Positions 35,508 to 45,150 of a DNA stretch of 64,000 nt are shown piece after piece. The stretch is from contig CAZQLD010000005.1 in NCBI GenBank assembly GCA_964594115.1, positions 749-64,748 of the forward strand, given 5' to 3'. Under the pieces are notes generated by a model. It saw only the letters and a program-made list of their open reading frames with translations. It was not told the DNA's origin and did no database searches. Position 1 is the stretch's first letter. Every line of letters starts with the position of its first letter. The position numbers and the translations under genes are program-made. The stretch is from Candidatus Woesearchaeota archaeon (lineage in GTDB: Archaea > Nanobdellota > Nanobdellia > Pacearchaeales > GW2011-AR1).

Positions 35508-36935
35508 TCAACCTTTCATAACTGCAAGAGGCTTAACTCTTACTACAAGATTTCCAATACCAGCTTTATGGCTTACTCTAACAACTTCATCAATATCCTT
35601 ATAAACTCCAGGAGCTTCTTCTGCAATGCTTTTCCATCCTCCTGCCTCAATTTCAATATCTTTTTCTGCTAGTTCTTGTTTTATTTTTTCCCCTCTGAAC
35701 TGCCTTAAAGCTTCATGCCTGCTCATCACTCTTCCTGCACCATGAGCAGTACTCCCAAAACTTACTTCCTCTGCTTTTTTTGTTCCAACTAAAACATAAC
35801 TAGCTGTCCCCATACTTCCAGGAATAATAACAGGCTGTCCGATTTTTCTATAAACTTCAGGAATTTCTTTTCTTCCAGGTCCAAATGAACGGGTAGCACC
35901 TTTCCTATGGACACATAGTTTAATTTTCTTATTATCCACAAGATGCTCTTCTATCTTAGCAATATTATGGCAAACATCATAAACTAAATGATTCTTGTTT
36001 TTAGGAAAATATCTTTTTAAAATTCCTCTTATATCATGCATAATCATCTGCCTGTTGCAAAAAGCAAAATTAACAGCACAGTTCATAGCAGACATATATT
36101 TTTTGCCTAGCTCACTTTTTATTGGAGCATTTATAAGTTCTCTGTCTGGCAATCCAACAATACCATATTTATCTTCCATGGCTCTTATATAATCACTTGC
36201 TACCTGGTGCCCTAATCCTCTGCTTCCGCAGTGTATCATAATTGTTATATTTTCTTTATTCAAGCCAAATTGCTTAGCTATTTTTTCATCATAAATTTCC
36301 TCTACTTTTTGTATTTCTAAAAAATGGTTTCCTGCTCCTAATGTTCCCAACTGGGAAAGCCCTCTTTGTTTTGCTCTATCACTAACGTCTGCAGGATTGC
36401 CTTTCATTTTTCCATTTTCTTCACATCTTTCTAAGTCTTCTTTTTTTCCAAACCTATTTTCTACTGCCCACTCTACTCCTTTTTCCAAAACCTGATTTAG
36501 TTCCTCAAAAGAAAGTTTTTCTTTTCTTCCTCTTCCAACTCCTGAAGGAATTGTTCTTTTAAAATCATGCAAAACCTGTCTTCTTTTTTTCATAAAATCA
36601 GAAACTTTTATATTAGTAGCTAGAAGTCTGACTCCACAATTTATATCAAAACCCACACCTCCTGGGCTTACAATTCCTTTATCTACAGGAAAAGCAGCAA
36701 CCCCTCCTATCGGGAATCCGTAGCCTTGATGAGCATCTGGCATTGCAAAACTTGCGTTAATAATTCCAGGAAGCATTGCAACATTTTTAACCTGTTCAAG
36801 TGTTTTATCTTGTTTTATATTTTCCATAAGTTTCTCACTAGCAAAAATCTTTCCTGGCACGTTCATCTGCCCTGTTTTAGGAATTTCCCATTCAACTTCA
36901 GATATTTTTTTAACTTCTGGCATTTTAAACATCAA
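35508..36935 (-). CDS. rtcB: RNA-splicing ligase RtcB
   Basis: PDAHQGYGFPIGGVAAF, GGVGFDINCGVR, GAGNHFLEIQ, HCGSRGLGHQ, GSMGTASY, AHGAGR. Confidence 0.93.
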   Translation of the reverse strand: MMFKMPEVKKISEVEWEIPKTGQMNVPGKIFASEKLMENIKQDKTLEQVKNVAMLPGIINASFAMPDAHQGYGFPIGGVAAFPVDKGIVSPGGVGFDINCGVRLLATNIKVSDFMKKRRQVLHDFKRTIPSGVGRGRKEKLSFEELNQVLEKGVEWAVENRFGKKEDLERCEENGKMKGNPADVSDRAKQRGLSQLGTLGAGNHFLEIQKVEEIYDEKIAKQFGLNKENITIMIHCGSRGLGHQVASDYIRAMEDKYGIVGLPDRELINAPIKSELGKKYMSAMNCAVNFAFCNRQMIMHDIRGILKRYFPKNKNHLVYDVCHNIAKIEEHLVDNKKIKLCVHRKGATRSFGPGRKEIPEVYRKIGQPVIIPGSMGTASYVLVGTKKAEEVSFGSTAHGAGRVMSRHEALRQFRGEKIKQELAEKDIEIEAGGWKSIAEEAPGVYKDIDEVVRVSHKAGIGNLVVRVKPLAVMKG

Positions 36936-37338
36936 CTACAACCTGACATATAAATTTATCTTTTTCTTTTTTCACAAACATTTCATTATAGGTTATAGCT
37001 TTAACATCATTTGTAAACTTATAATTACTGGCATCATCTCCGATAATTTTCGCTTCTAATTTATTGTTTTTGATTTTAATAGTTTTTATTTCTGCTAAAA
37101 GAAAATCTTCTGAGTCAAGAAGAAAGAGAAATTCTTCTAAAAAGTTGTACAATAAAGCTTCTTTATCATTGCCCTCTACTTTTATTTTCTTTTTTATCTT
37201 GTTTTTAATTTTTCCTTTTAATCCTTTAGTAATTGTTTCTTTTAATGCAAAAGCTGCATTTTCAAAAGACTCTTCTAAATTTTTGCCTTCTGATTGAAAC
37301 TTTACATCTGCTGTATGCTCTAGAAATTTATATTTCAT
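36925..37338 (-). CDS. archease (RtcB activator)
   Basis: MKYKFLEHTADVKFQSEG...VKAITYNEM. Overlaps the rtcB start by 11 nt. Confidence 0.88.
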   Translation of the reverse strand: MKYKFLEHTADVKFQSEGKNLEESFENAAFALKETITKGLKGKIKNKIKKKIKVEGNDKEALLYNFLEEFLFLLDSEDFLLAEIKTIKIKNNKLEAKIIGDDASNYKFTNDVKAITYNEMFVKKEKDKFICQVVVDV

Positions 37339-37351
37339 GTTGATATTAAAG

Positions 37352-37560
37352 AAAACATATTTAAATACTTAAGTCTTATCTTTTTTATAAAAGAAGTGAA
37401 AATGATTAATATACAGATTCAAAAAAAAGACCTATGGCTTTTAGCAGCAATTATGGTTTTCTTAGTTGGGGTTGGTTATGTAATAGCCTATGATTGGACA
37501 ACAGGAACTGGAACAGGCCAGCCTTCAATACACGGGCATACTGCTAATGAGATTGAAGGA
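37352..37560 (+). repeat. 209-bp direct repeat, copy 2 (promoter + 5' coding module)
   Basis: Near-identical to 34875..35083, with the same 50-nt spacing to the ATG. Confidence 0.85.
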
Positions 37561-37716
37561 TTGAATGTAAGTGTAGGGCATAATAATTGTGAATGGGTTA
37601 CAACCACCGCAGCTTATTTTACATTAACTTGTCCTGCTGGAAAGTATGTAGCTGGAATTAGAACTCCTAATGGTTATGATTCTACTCAACAAATTTATTG
37701 TTGCGATATTTTCTAA
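37402..37716 (+). CDS. small N-terminally anchored secreted protein, variant 2 (104 aa) with an HGHTANEIEG motif and a Cys-containing C-terminal domain
   Basis: The track ORF starts at the GTG at 37396. The ATG at 37402 aligns with the paralog's start. C-terminus CEWVTTTAAYFTLTCPAGKYVAGIRTPNGYDSTQQIYCC. Confidence 0.6.
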   Translation: MINIQIQKKDLWLLAAIMVFLVGVGYVIAYDWTTGTGTGQPSIHGHTANEIEGLNVSVGHNNCEWVTTTAAYFTLTCPAGKYVAGIRTPNGYDSTQQIYCCDIF

Positions 37717-37727
37717 AATAATTTTTT

Positions 37728-38123
37728 TCACTTAGCCCAAACAAAAAGCTTTAATTTTTTAGGCTGATAGTGTGTTAAATTAGCTGCTATAAGAATTTCA
37801 TCAGCATAAACTTCTTTTTCAACATAAAAAGGCATTCCGCAAACCTCATCCACTTGACAAATCCTTATTGTAAAGTCCCAATGACTTGGCTTGATATCAT
37901 TAATAAAAGCATCTGTCTTAGCTGTTGTCTGTCCTTGCAAAATCTCTCCCCTTAATGTATCATTTGAACTTATTTGTTCTAAGATAAATCTTTGCATATC
38001 ATGTATATCTATAGGATCTTTTTTAGGTTCTCTTGTAATCATAATAAACAAAACAGAGGCAATTATTAAAATTGCTATGGTTGCTTCAACAATTCTCAAC
38101 CAAGCTTTTTTATTTTTCATCAT
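37728..38123 (-). CDS. pilin-like protein with a class III (type IV prepilin-like) signal
   Basis: MMKNKKA|WLRIVEATIAILIIASVLFIMI: a basic stretch, a small residue, then a hydrophobic helix with Glu near +5/+6. Ends in TGA. Confidence 0.55.
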   Translation of the reverse strand: MMKNKKAWLRIVEATIAILIIASVLFIMITREPKKDPIDIHDMQRFILEQISSNDTLRGEILQGQTTAKTDAFINDIKPSHWDFTIRICQVDEVCGMPFYVEKEVYADEILIAANLTHYQPKKLKLFVWAK

Positions 38124-38147
38124 TTTACCTTTTTAGTTTTTCTTTTG

Positions 38148-38888
38148 TTAATCCCAAACCTGCAGATTCATTATAGCAGGAATTAAATTAGCGTCTTTAT
38201 CTAAAATTTCTATTGGAATATCTCTTGCCATAACCTCTATTGCCTCTGGTTTATAATTTTCTCCTTTAAATATAACATTGCCAGAGGTATCTTTAACAAC
38301 AATATTAAAATCTGCTTTTAAATTAAGATCTTTTTTAAGTTGATCATAATTATTATTATAACTGTTATTTAATATAGCAAGGTTAGAATAAGCTGCTTTT
38401 TTATAAACATTAGTAACTCCTCTGGTATAATTAGATTCGTCAAGCTTCTGGCATCCTGCAGTATTTATAGTCTTTTCTTCAAGTTCATCTGAGGAGTAGA
38501 TTTTATAAAATTTTTTCCAAGTATGTTCAAAATAAATTTCTCCGGCAGTTCTTGTTGCAGGAGTTATAACTGAACTTTCATCTTTAACAATTATTTTTTC
38601 AGGAAGAGAAAAATCAAGATAAAAACAAATACCCATTCCAGGAGCAGGCATTGAATCTAGTTTTAAAGAGGATACGGTTAAATCAGTTGAAGCATACTCT
38701 AAAATTTTTGCCTCAGCTATATCTAAATATGAAGTATTTTTTGAAAAACTTTTAATAGGATTAAAAAATATTAATAAAAACATCACAAATGATATGAAAA
38801 TAAGAAAAGAAATAATAACTTCGACATGTCCTATTCCTTTCTTAATTTTTATCATCTTGATTATTCTTCTTTTTAATTTATCCCACAA
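38148..38888 (-). CDS. pilin-like protein with a class III signal
   Basis: IKIKKG|IGHVEVIISFLIFISFVMFLLIFF. Confidence 0.55.
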   Translation of the reverse strand: MWDKLKRRIIKMIKIKKGIGHVEVIISFLIFISFVMFLLIFFNPIKSFSKNTSYLDIAEAKILEYASTDLTVSSLKLDSMPAPGMGICFYLDFSLPEKIIVKDESSVITPATRTAGEIYFEHTWKKFYKIYSSDELEEKTINTAGCQKLDESNYTRGVTNVYKKAAYSNLAILNNSYNNNYDQLKKDLNLKADFNIVVKDTSGNVIFKGENYKPEAIEVMARDIPIEILDKDANLIPAIMNLQVWD

Positions 38889-39729
38889 AAGCCTTAGTTC
38901 CTGTTGAAATTAGCCATGCCATGCATATTAAAATAAATGAGTGTTTTATGCCTGCTTTTATGCTTCCTTCTGCCAATTTTCCCACTGTTAGTCCAACAAA
39001 GAATCCTTGCACAATTAATAGATATAAGAAAGGTCTGGCTAATTCTTCAGCAGATAAGCCCTCTCCAATCTCCATGCCTAAACCGCTTGAGCCTAAATCT
39101 CCTCCATCTTTCATCTCTTCAAAAGTAGACAACATAGGAAGTATCTTAAACTCCATGATTAGCATTATGATAATAAATATCAAGAATATTATATATCCCT
39201 GGACAACAAGGGTGTAGATAGCAGCTTTTCTCTCTTTTTTCAATTTATCTGTCTGACTCACAGATTTTGCCACATTCTCAAGTATATTTCCTATATCCCC
39301 TCCTGCATGTTCTGCTTCACTTATAAGTGTTACTGCCCTTGTTATTGTCCTATTGTTTATGTCTCTGGCAAAAATCTCTAAAGCATCCTTAACAGGAATT
39401 CCTAATGCTATTTGATTTGATAATTTGTCTACATGTGGACTTAAAGAGCCATAGTTTTTCCCCTTAATGTTAAGTATGCTCCTGCTTATAGGAGTTCCAG
39501 CCTTAACAGACTCAACCAGGTTTCTTGAGAATTCTAAGAACCTTTCCTCCTTCTCCTTTTCTTTTTCTGATTTTATCAACATGGTTACTAAAAACGGCAA
39601 TGCTCCAGTAATAACTCCCATTCCTAGAACAAAATAGAATATCTTTTCATCTCTTAAAAAGATTAAGCTTACAATTATGGTTAATACTGCTACTATTATT
39701 CCAATAATGTGGATTTTTTGTATTCTCAT
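38878..39729 (-). CDS. type II secretion system F-domain membrane protein (TadC/FlaJ-like platform, C-terminal half equivalent)
   Basis: FSRNLVESVKAGTPISRSIL...LGIPVKDALEIFARD...ISEAEHAGGDIGNILENVA, plus flanking TM segments. Confidence 0.75.
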   Translation of the reverse strand: MRIQKIHIIGIIVAVLTIIVSLIFLRDEKIFYFVLGMGVITGALPFLVTMLIKSEKEKEKEERFLEFSRNLVESVKAGTPISRSILNIKGKNYGSLSPHVDKLSNQIALGIPVKDALEIFARDINNRTITRAVTLISEAEHAGGDIGNILENVAKSVSQTDKLKKERKAAIYTLVVQGYIIFLIFIIIMLIMEFKILPMLSTFEEMKDGGDLGSSGLGMEIGEGLSAEELARPFLYLLIVQGFFVGLTVGKLAEGSIKAGIKHSFILICMAWLISTGTKAFVG

Positions 39730-39730
39730 T

Positions 39731-41131
39731 TTAAATTGCTGGTTGTTTTAAATGTAAAAATGCAATAAAAATTATATTTATAAGAGCTATTCCTAATAAC
39801 ATTAAGAGATTGGTTGCTTGCAAGCTTATCCCAAAACTCAGTGCAGGAGTGACGCTCATCATAACTAAAAGCAAGGTCATTATCATAGGGGCAGCAATAA
39901 CCACGCTAATATAAATATCCATAAAAGTTTCTGCCACACGGGTAGATTTATCCCTTTCCATTTTATAGTTAAAAATTAATGTATCTGCCCTTTTAGCTAA
40001 AAATTCATCTAAGTCTCCTCCAGAAGTTATTGTAGTTGCCAAGCCACTAAATAACTCTGATAGTCTGTTGCTAGAAGTAATCCTTGCACTGTTTCTTAGT
40101 GCACTAACAAGGTCGTAACCATAAATATTTACTTGGTTGAGAATCTTTTTAAACTCTTTTTTTGTATGAGGATACTCTCTGCCTGTGACAATTATCTTAA
40201 AGATATTTGTTGGTTCTACTTTGCTGCCAGCAATTGCAGCCATATGTATAACTACAAAAGGCAATTCCTGGTTTATTTTTTTTGCTATAGATTTTTTTTC
40301 TAGTGAAGGATAAAATATAAGAATAAAAAAAGTTAGTACTGGAATAACTATGACTAACCAAAAATATTTTAAAAATCTTAAACCAATTGATTCTCCTGCG
40401 GACAACAAAAAAGGATAATCCACACTTATATTAAAAAATAGCAAAACCAACAGTAATAAAAGAGAAGCAAAAAAAGCAATAAAGCCCGATAAAAAACTCA
40501 TAGAAATATATGTGTGGGATAAAAAAGGAAGATTTGCCTTTCTTAGTTCTCCGCTTAAATTAATAAGATATCCTTTCTTAGTCAGACGATTAGAAAATCC
40601 AGAAAAGAATTTATTAGAGTACTTTGCATATTTACTTGGCTTTTTAAATTTAGTAACTTCCTTATTTGATTCTAAATAATCATACTTTTTCTTAAGTTTT
40701 TTTATAGTGCTATTTGTTAAGCTCAATTCTTTTAAAAATCTCGCTTTTTCAGACTTCTTTACTGTTGCAAGAACCCCTTTTTTATCAAAAGCAGGATGTT
40801 CATATTTAAGACTTATAAGCTCTTCTTTTTTCCCTCTTTTAATCTCCTTGGCTATTGAACTCTTTTCTTCTGGAATTTCTTTAACATATGAAATTTTTCG
40901 TAAAATTTCTGGAAGAGAATTATTAAGTATATTTAACTGAGAAGTGAGTGACTTTAAAGTGTTATATAATAGTTTTTTTTCTGCTTCATTTATTCTATAA
41001 CCTATCTTTTTTAGATTTTCTATAGTATCCAAATAACCTAAAAGGTCTCCAAGCTCTTTAATTATTCTTTTCTCATGCTTTACATTCTCTTTCAGTGCAC
41101 CTATGCTGCTCAGTGTATCCATATATTTCAT
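39731..41131 (-). CDS. type II secretion system F-domain membrane protein (TadB/FlaJ-like platform, N-terminal half equivalent)
   Basis: ELPFVVIHMAAIAGSKVEPTNIF...YGYDLVSALRNSA...LATTITSGGDLDEFLAKRAD, plus multiple TM segments. Confidence 0.75.
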   Translation of the reverse strand: MKYMDTLSSIGALKENVKHEKRIIKELGDLLGYLDTIENLKKIGYRINEAEKKLLYNTLKSLTSQLNILNNSLPEILRKISYVKEIPEEKSSIAKEIKRGKKEELISLKYEHPAFDKKGVLATVKKSEKARFLKELSLTNSTIKKLKKKYDYLESNKEVTKFKKPSKYAKYSNKFFSGFSNRLTKKGYLINLSGELRKANLPFLSHTYISMSFLSGFIAFFASLLLLLVLLFFNISVDYPFLLSAGESIGLRFLKYFWLVIVIPVLTFFILIFYPSLEKKSIAKKINQELPFVVIHMAAIAGSKVEPTNIFKIIVTGREYPHTKKEFKKILNQVNIYGYDLVSALRNSARITSSNRLSELFSGLATTITSGGDLDEFLAKRADTLIFNYKMERDKSTRVAETFMDIYISVVIAAPMIMTLLLVMMSVTPALSFGISLQATNLLMLLGIALINIIFIAFLHLKQPAI

Positions 41132-41292
41132 TTTAACTCCTCTGATAATTTTTGTTGAAATCTAAGAATTATTCTTTTCGCGTTTTCAAAATCTTCTGTC
41201 TTCTTATTTTCATATGCTCTTTCCAGTTTTACAATGGCATCTTCCATTCCATTAATAAGTTGAGATAAGATATCTACTTTAGATTTATCCAT
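41128..41292 (-). CDS. small helical protein (54 aa), translationally coupled to the platform gene
   Basis: Translated by hand as MDKSKVDILSQLINGMEDAIVKLERAYENKKTEDFENAKRIILRFQQKLSEELK. Its TGA overlaps the downstream ATG (ATGA). Below the track cutoff. Confidence 0.45.
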   Translation of the reverse strand: MDKSKVDILSQLINGMEDAIVKLERAYENKKTEDFENAKRIILRFQQKLSEELK

Positions 41293-41396
41293 CGTTTTCC
41301 TTCCTCTTTTTTATTTTCAAAAAAAGAAAAGATAGTATATAAATATTACTTTTTGAGAGGAACAGAAATAATATAAAGTAAAAACTAACACTAAAT

Positions 41397-42926
41397 TTAT
41401 AATAAGCCAAAACTCTTCAAAACAGCAGCAGGGTTTTTGTAATATGCATTTATAGTTTTCTGAACATCGTCAAATTCAAATATTTTTCTTTTGTATAACT
41501 CATAGATAAGCCTTGTTCTTCTTGAAAACTCTTCCATTAATTCTTCTTTTGTTAAACCATATCTGTGAGCTATTTTATCAAATACTTTGCTCTCTTTTTT
41601 GGAATAAAATTTATCATTTCTTGGATCCCATATAAATGGGATATTTGTTAAAGCAATACCATCTGGATTTACATTAACAATCTCCACAATTTCTCTTAAT
41701 CTTCTTGTTTGTTGTTTTTTTACAATAGCATGTGACATAATGCATACGGCATCTAATGTATTGACTAGTGTTGGTGAAAGATCTATTGGGGGGGTCTCTA
41801 GTCTTTTTATCACACTATCTACAGAATCTGCATGTATTGTAGATAAAGACGAATGCCCAGAAGCCATCCCTTGAAACAATACAAAAGCCTCCTTACCTCT
41901 TACTTCCCCAACAATAACATAATCTGGATTTTGCCTGAAAGAGTTTTTTAATAAAGAGAATAAATCAACTTCTCCAAGTTTGCCCATACCTATTGCTGTT
42001 CTTGCAACACTTGGAAGCCAGTTTTCCCTGGATAAATTAAGCTCTCTTGTATCTTCAATGCTTACCACCCTGGCTGATGGGGGAATGAAGAAAGCAATGG
42101 CATTTAGAAGTGTAGTTTTTCCACTGGCTGTTCCTCCGGTAATCAGAACATTGCATTTATACTGCATAAGAAGCCATAAATAAGCAAGCATTTCTGGGCT
42201 GAGTGTATTTAAGGATATTAACTGGACAGGGGTCCATGGTATTCTGGTGAATTTTCTTATTGTAAATGTTGGCCCCCTACTTGTAATATCTTTAGTATAA
42301 GTTGCATTAATTCTGCTTCCGTCAGGCAAACTTCCATCAAGTAAGGGATTAGCATAGCTTATATACTTACCACATCTCTGAGCAAGTTTTTCAACAAAAC
42401 TTGCAAGATACTCTATGTCCTTATAAATTATGTTTGTTCTCAAATTTCTATACAATCTATGCACAATATATATTGGGGTGTTTGTACCATTACATTCAAT
42501 ATCTTCAATAAAATAATCTCTGGTTAGAGGCTCAATTTCATTTAATCCCATAAAATCTCTGAAAAAATAATAAAACATCTTTTTGTAGGACTCCTCAGAA
42601 ACCTTTAAGTCAAGTTCAGATATCAAAAGCCTTGCAGTTTTATCTATATATTCTATAAGTGCTTTCTTAGTTTTTTCAACAAGCACATTTATGTTTATCA
42701 CTTCTCTCATGGCATCTTCTATTATTCTCAATAATTCTCTTTCTTGATCATTAAGAAGAGGCTCCTCTAAATCATAAATTAATTCAGAACATTTAGGGTC
42801 AAAAAATATATGTGCAGATGCATAAGGTGATATCAACATATACCTTACATCTATTTGTGCTTTATCATCTGGTCTTGGCAGAGCCGGGATATTCGGAGAT
42901 AAATCAATCACAATTTTATCTGTCAT
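41397..42926 (-). CDS. type II/IV secretion system ATPase (archaeal PilB/FlaI/VirB11 family)
   Basis: Walker A ITGGTASGKTTLLNA, Asp box VVSIEDTREL, Walker B/His box NPDYVIVGEVRGKEA...GHSSLSTIHA. Confidence 0.9.
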   Translation of the reverse strand: MTDKIVIDLSPNIPALPRPDDKAQIDVRYMLISPYASAHIFFDPKCSELIYDLEEPLLNDQERELLRIIEDAMREVININVLVEKTKKALIEYIDKTARLLISELDLKVSEESYKKMFYYFFRDFMGLNEIEPLTRDYFIEDIECNGTNTPIYIVHRLYRNLRTNIIYKDIEYLASFVEKLAQRCGKYISYANPLLDGSLPDGSRINATYTKDITSRGPTFTIRKFTRIPWTPVQLISLNTLSPEMLAYLWLLMQYKCNVLITGGTASGKTTLLNAIAFFIPPSARVVSIEDTRELNLSRENWLPSVARTAIGMGKLGEVDLFSLLKNSFRQNPDYVIVGEVRGKEAFVLFQGMASGHSSLSTIHADSVDSVIKRLETPPIDLSPTLVNTLDAVCIMSHAIVKKQQTRRLREIVEIVNVNPDGIALTNIPFIWDPRNDKFYSKKESKVFDKIAHRYGLTKEELMEEFSRRTRLIYELYKRKIFEFDDVQKTINAYYKNPAAVLKSFGLL

Positions 42927-43039
42927 TTTCCTATTTTTTTAAATTTTTCCTCTCTCTTTCAAACTTAGTTCTTTTCTTTCCTGAGTTTCTTTTCTTTCCA
43001 AGAAAAGAAAGCTACATTTATAAATATTTCCCATTTTGT

Positions 43040-43597
43040 TTAAGAAATTTCCCCAATTATTATTTGAATCTGTCCTGCTGAACTTCCATTATTCTCTACA
43101 AATAATTTATAAGGAATAGTAGCCGGATACAGTGTTTTTTTCACTTCACCACTACTATAAATTAAATTTATATCATCATATGTTAGTGTCATGGTTATAT
43201 CATACCTCCTGCCGTTTTCCCCTGTCTTTATTTTTATTTCTCCTTGTTCAATTTCTTCGCCAGGTTCACTATATTTTAATCTGCTTTCCTCAAGAACATA
43301 GGTTATGTTATTTTCTAAACTATCTATACTAAAACTTCCTTTTTTAATCCTTAACTCAGAAATGATTCTTCTATTTCCTGCCCCTGCATCTCGGGTTTCT
43401 TTTATTTTTTCATCAAGATTATTTAAGACAGTTAGTGTTTGTTCAATAATTAATTCATCTTTATACCTATCTATTGCTGGCGTTACTATTGCTATAATAA
43501 TTCCAATAATAACTAGCCCTATCAGAGTATAAATTGCTGTTTCAACCCATACCTGTCCTATTTTTGCTTTAGCTTTTAAAAACGTTTCTTTTGCCAT
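43040..43597 (-). CDS. pilin-like protein with a class III signal
   Basis: AKAKIG|QVWVETAIYTLIGLVIIGIIIAIV. Confidence 0.6.
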   Translation of the reverse strand: MAKETFLKAKAKIGQVWVETAIYTLIGLVIIGIIIAIVTPAIDRYKDELIIEQTLTVLNNLDEKIKETRDAGAGNRRIISELRIKKGSFSIDSLENNITYVLEESRLKYSEPGEEIEQGEIKIKTGENGRRYDITMTLTYDDINLIYSSGEVKKTLYPATIPYKLFVENNGSSAGQIQIIIGEIS

Positions 43598-43617
43598 CTT
43601 TTTTAGTTATTTATATT

Positions 43618-44130
43618 TTAACACTGTTCAATATATGCTTCATCTACAGGGTCACATCTTTTTCCGCCTTTTACAACAGGAGAAATTGTAACATATGAAA
43701 TCTCACTAAAAGAAGTTGTTAAAGAATATGTTCTCTCTTCTCCAAGTCTTGGCAGTTCAAGTTGTTTATTTCCATTCAGCATCGTGACATTAGTAACTTT
43801 CCCTTCTTGTATCTCAAATAATTGATTTGCTCCTTCTCCATGTACAGAAATTACAAATCTGATTATTTCTGCTTTTTTTGGTCCTCTTTGTACAGTGATA
43901 TTAACAATCTTAGGGGTGCTACCTGAGTAACATGTATACCCTGACTGTGTATCTATTTTTAACTGGTCAATAGTCTTAAAGCACTCTCCTCCTTCACCTA
44001 TAGATTCTTTAACAAGAGGAATCACTACACTGGATATCAACATCGCTGCAAAAATCGCTATTAATATCAGTAAGATGGTTGCTATTATCGGCGAAATACC
44101 TTTTTTATTTTTCATCATTTTAAGTATCAT
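43618..44130 (-). CDS. archaeal type IV pilin (DUF1628-like N-terminus)
   Basis: MKNKKG|ISPIIATILLILIAIFAAMLI is a canonical KG-(I/V)SP(V/I)IAT archaeal pilin N-terminus. Confidence 0.75.
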   Translation of the reverse strand: MILKMMKNKKGISPIIATILLILIAIFAAMLISSVVIPLVKESIGEGGECFKTIDQLKIDTQSGYTCYSGSTPKIVNITVQRGPKKAEIIRFVISVHGEGANQLFEIQEGKVTNVTMLNGNKQLELPRLGEERTYSLTTSFSEISYVTISPVVKGGKRCDPVDEAYIEQC

Positions 44131-44582
44131 CTTATCTGGATTTCTACCCCTGTCTCTTCAGGGCAAGTGTATTTTTTATCCACATTTCCTGCTCTTCCTA
44201 GCAAGACAGGAATTATTGTAATGCTTTCAGTTGTAGCATCAATTGAAATAGATTCATTTTTATAACTTCCAGCATTCATGTCTATCATTCTTTCTTCAAT
44301 CTTAGATGTGCCAGGCATTTGCTGTTTAATATTTATTTCATAGATGCCCACATTTCCAGTATTTGACAATAAAAGCATATTTCCATTTAAGCTTGCTTCA
44401 AACTTAACTTCCTGACAGGCGGTTTCAATTGGCACTTTTTTCCCTAATACATCTTTTTCTATTGTTTCTTGAATAAAGCTGCTTGCCCATAAAAATATAA
44501 TGATTGCTAAAAGCATAACTATTCCAATTAATAATGCTGTTGAAACTACAGGAGAAACTCCTTTCTTACATCTCTTTTTCAT
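44127..44582 (-). CDS. archaeal type IV pilin (DUF1628-like N-terminus)
   Basis: KRCKKG|VSPVVSTALLIGIVMLLAIIIF. Overlaps the downstream pilin gene by 4 nt. Confidence 0.75.
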   Translation of the reverse strand: MKKRCKKGVSPVVSTALLIGIVMLLAIIIFLWASSFIQETIEKDVLGKKVPIETACQEVKFEASLNGNMLLLSNTGNVGIYEINIKQQMPGTSKIEERMIDMNAGSYKNESISIDATTESITIIPVLLGRAGNVDKKYTCPEETGVEIQIR

Positions 44583-44623
44583 TTTCTTACTTTTACTTAT
44601 TATTCTCTATTTAAATATTTTTC

Positions 44624-45145
44624 TTAACAGTTCACTTCTTGACTTATTGTAGATTCACATAAAATACTCTGGTTTTCGTGAATCTGGATAGGGATTATCC
44701 CTACTTTCTCAAGAGTGCCTAATCCAGCATATGAGAAATTGTAAACTTGAGAAGCATCAGGTGCAAGAGGACTTGGGAATTTATACGTACCTGGTACAGC
44801 TAACTCCTGCACATTACTGTTATCAACAAGTTTTAGATTAAACCAAGCATCCTGGCTCTTGTTAGCTGTTCCTTTTATAATACTGCCATCAATATTAAAG
44901 CGTCCCTTGTTTCTCAATGTTAATTCTATTATTTTAGCTCCTGAAAAACACTTATATTCTTGAAGTATAAGAGAGACTCCTTCTGGACACTCTTCAATAT
45001 CTTCTGCTCCTCCTGCTATAAATTTAAGCCAGGTATAAACCCCTAAAGCTAAAGCAAGAGCTATAACAACCAACAAGACATAAGATAGGATTAAACTTAC
45101 TCCTTTTTTTGTTTTTTTATTTATTTTTGATATGTTTCTTTTCAT
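44624..45145 (-). CDS. archaeal type IV pilin-like protein
   Basis: KKTKKG|VSLILSYVLLVVIALALALGVY. Confidence 0.65.
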   Translation of the reverse strand: MKRNISKINKKTKKGVSLILSYVLLVVIALALALGVYTWLKFIAGGAEDIEECPEGVSLILQEYKCFSGAKIIELTLRNKGRFNIDGSIIKGTANKSQDAWFNLKLVDNSNVQELAVPGTYKFPSPLAPDASQVYNFSYAGLGTLEKVGIIPIQIHENQSILCESTISQEVNC

Positions 45146-45150
45146 TTTTA

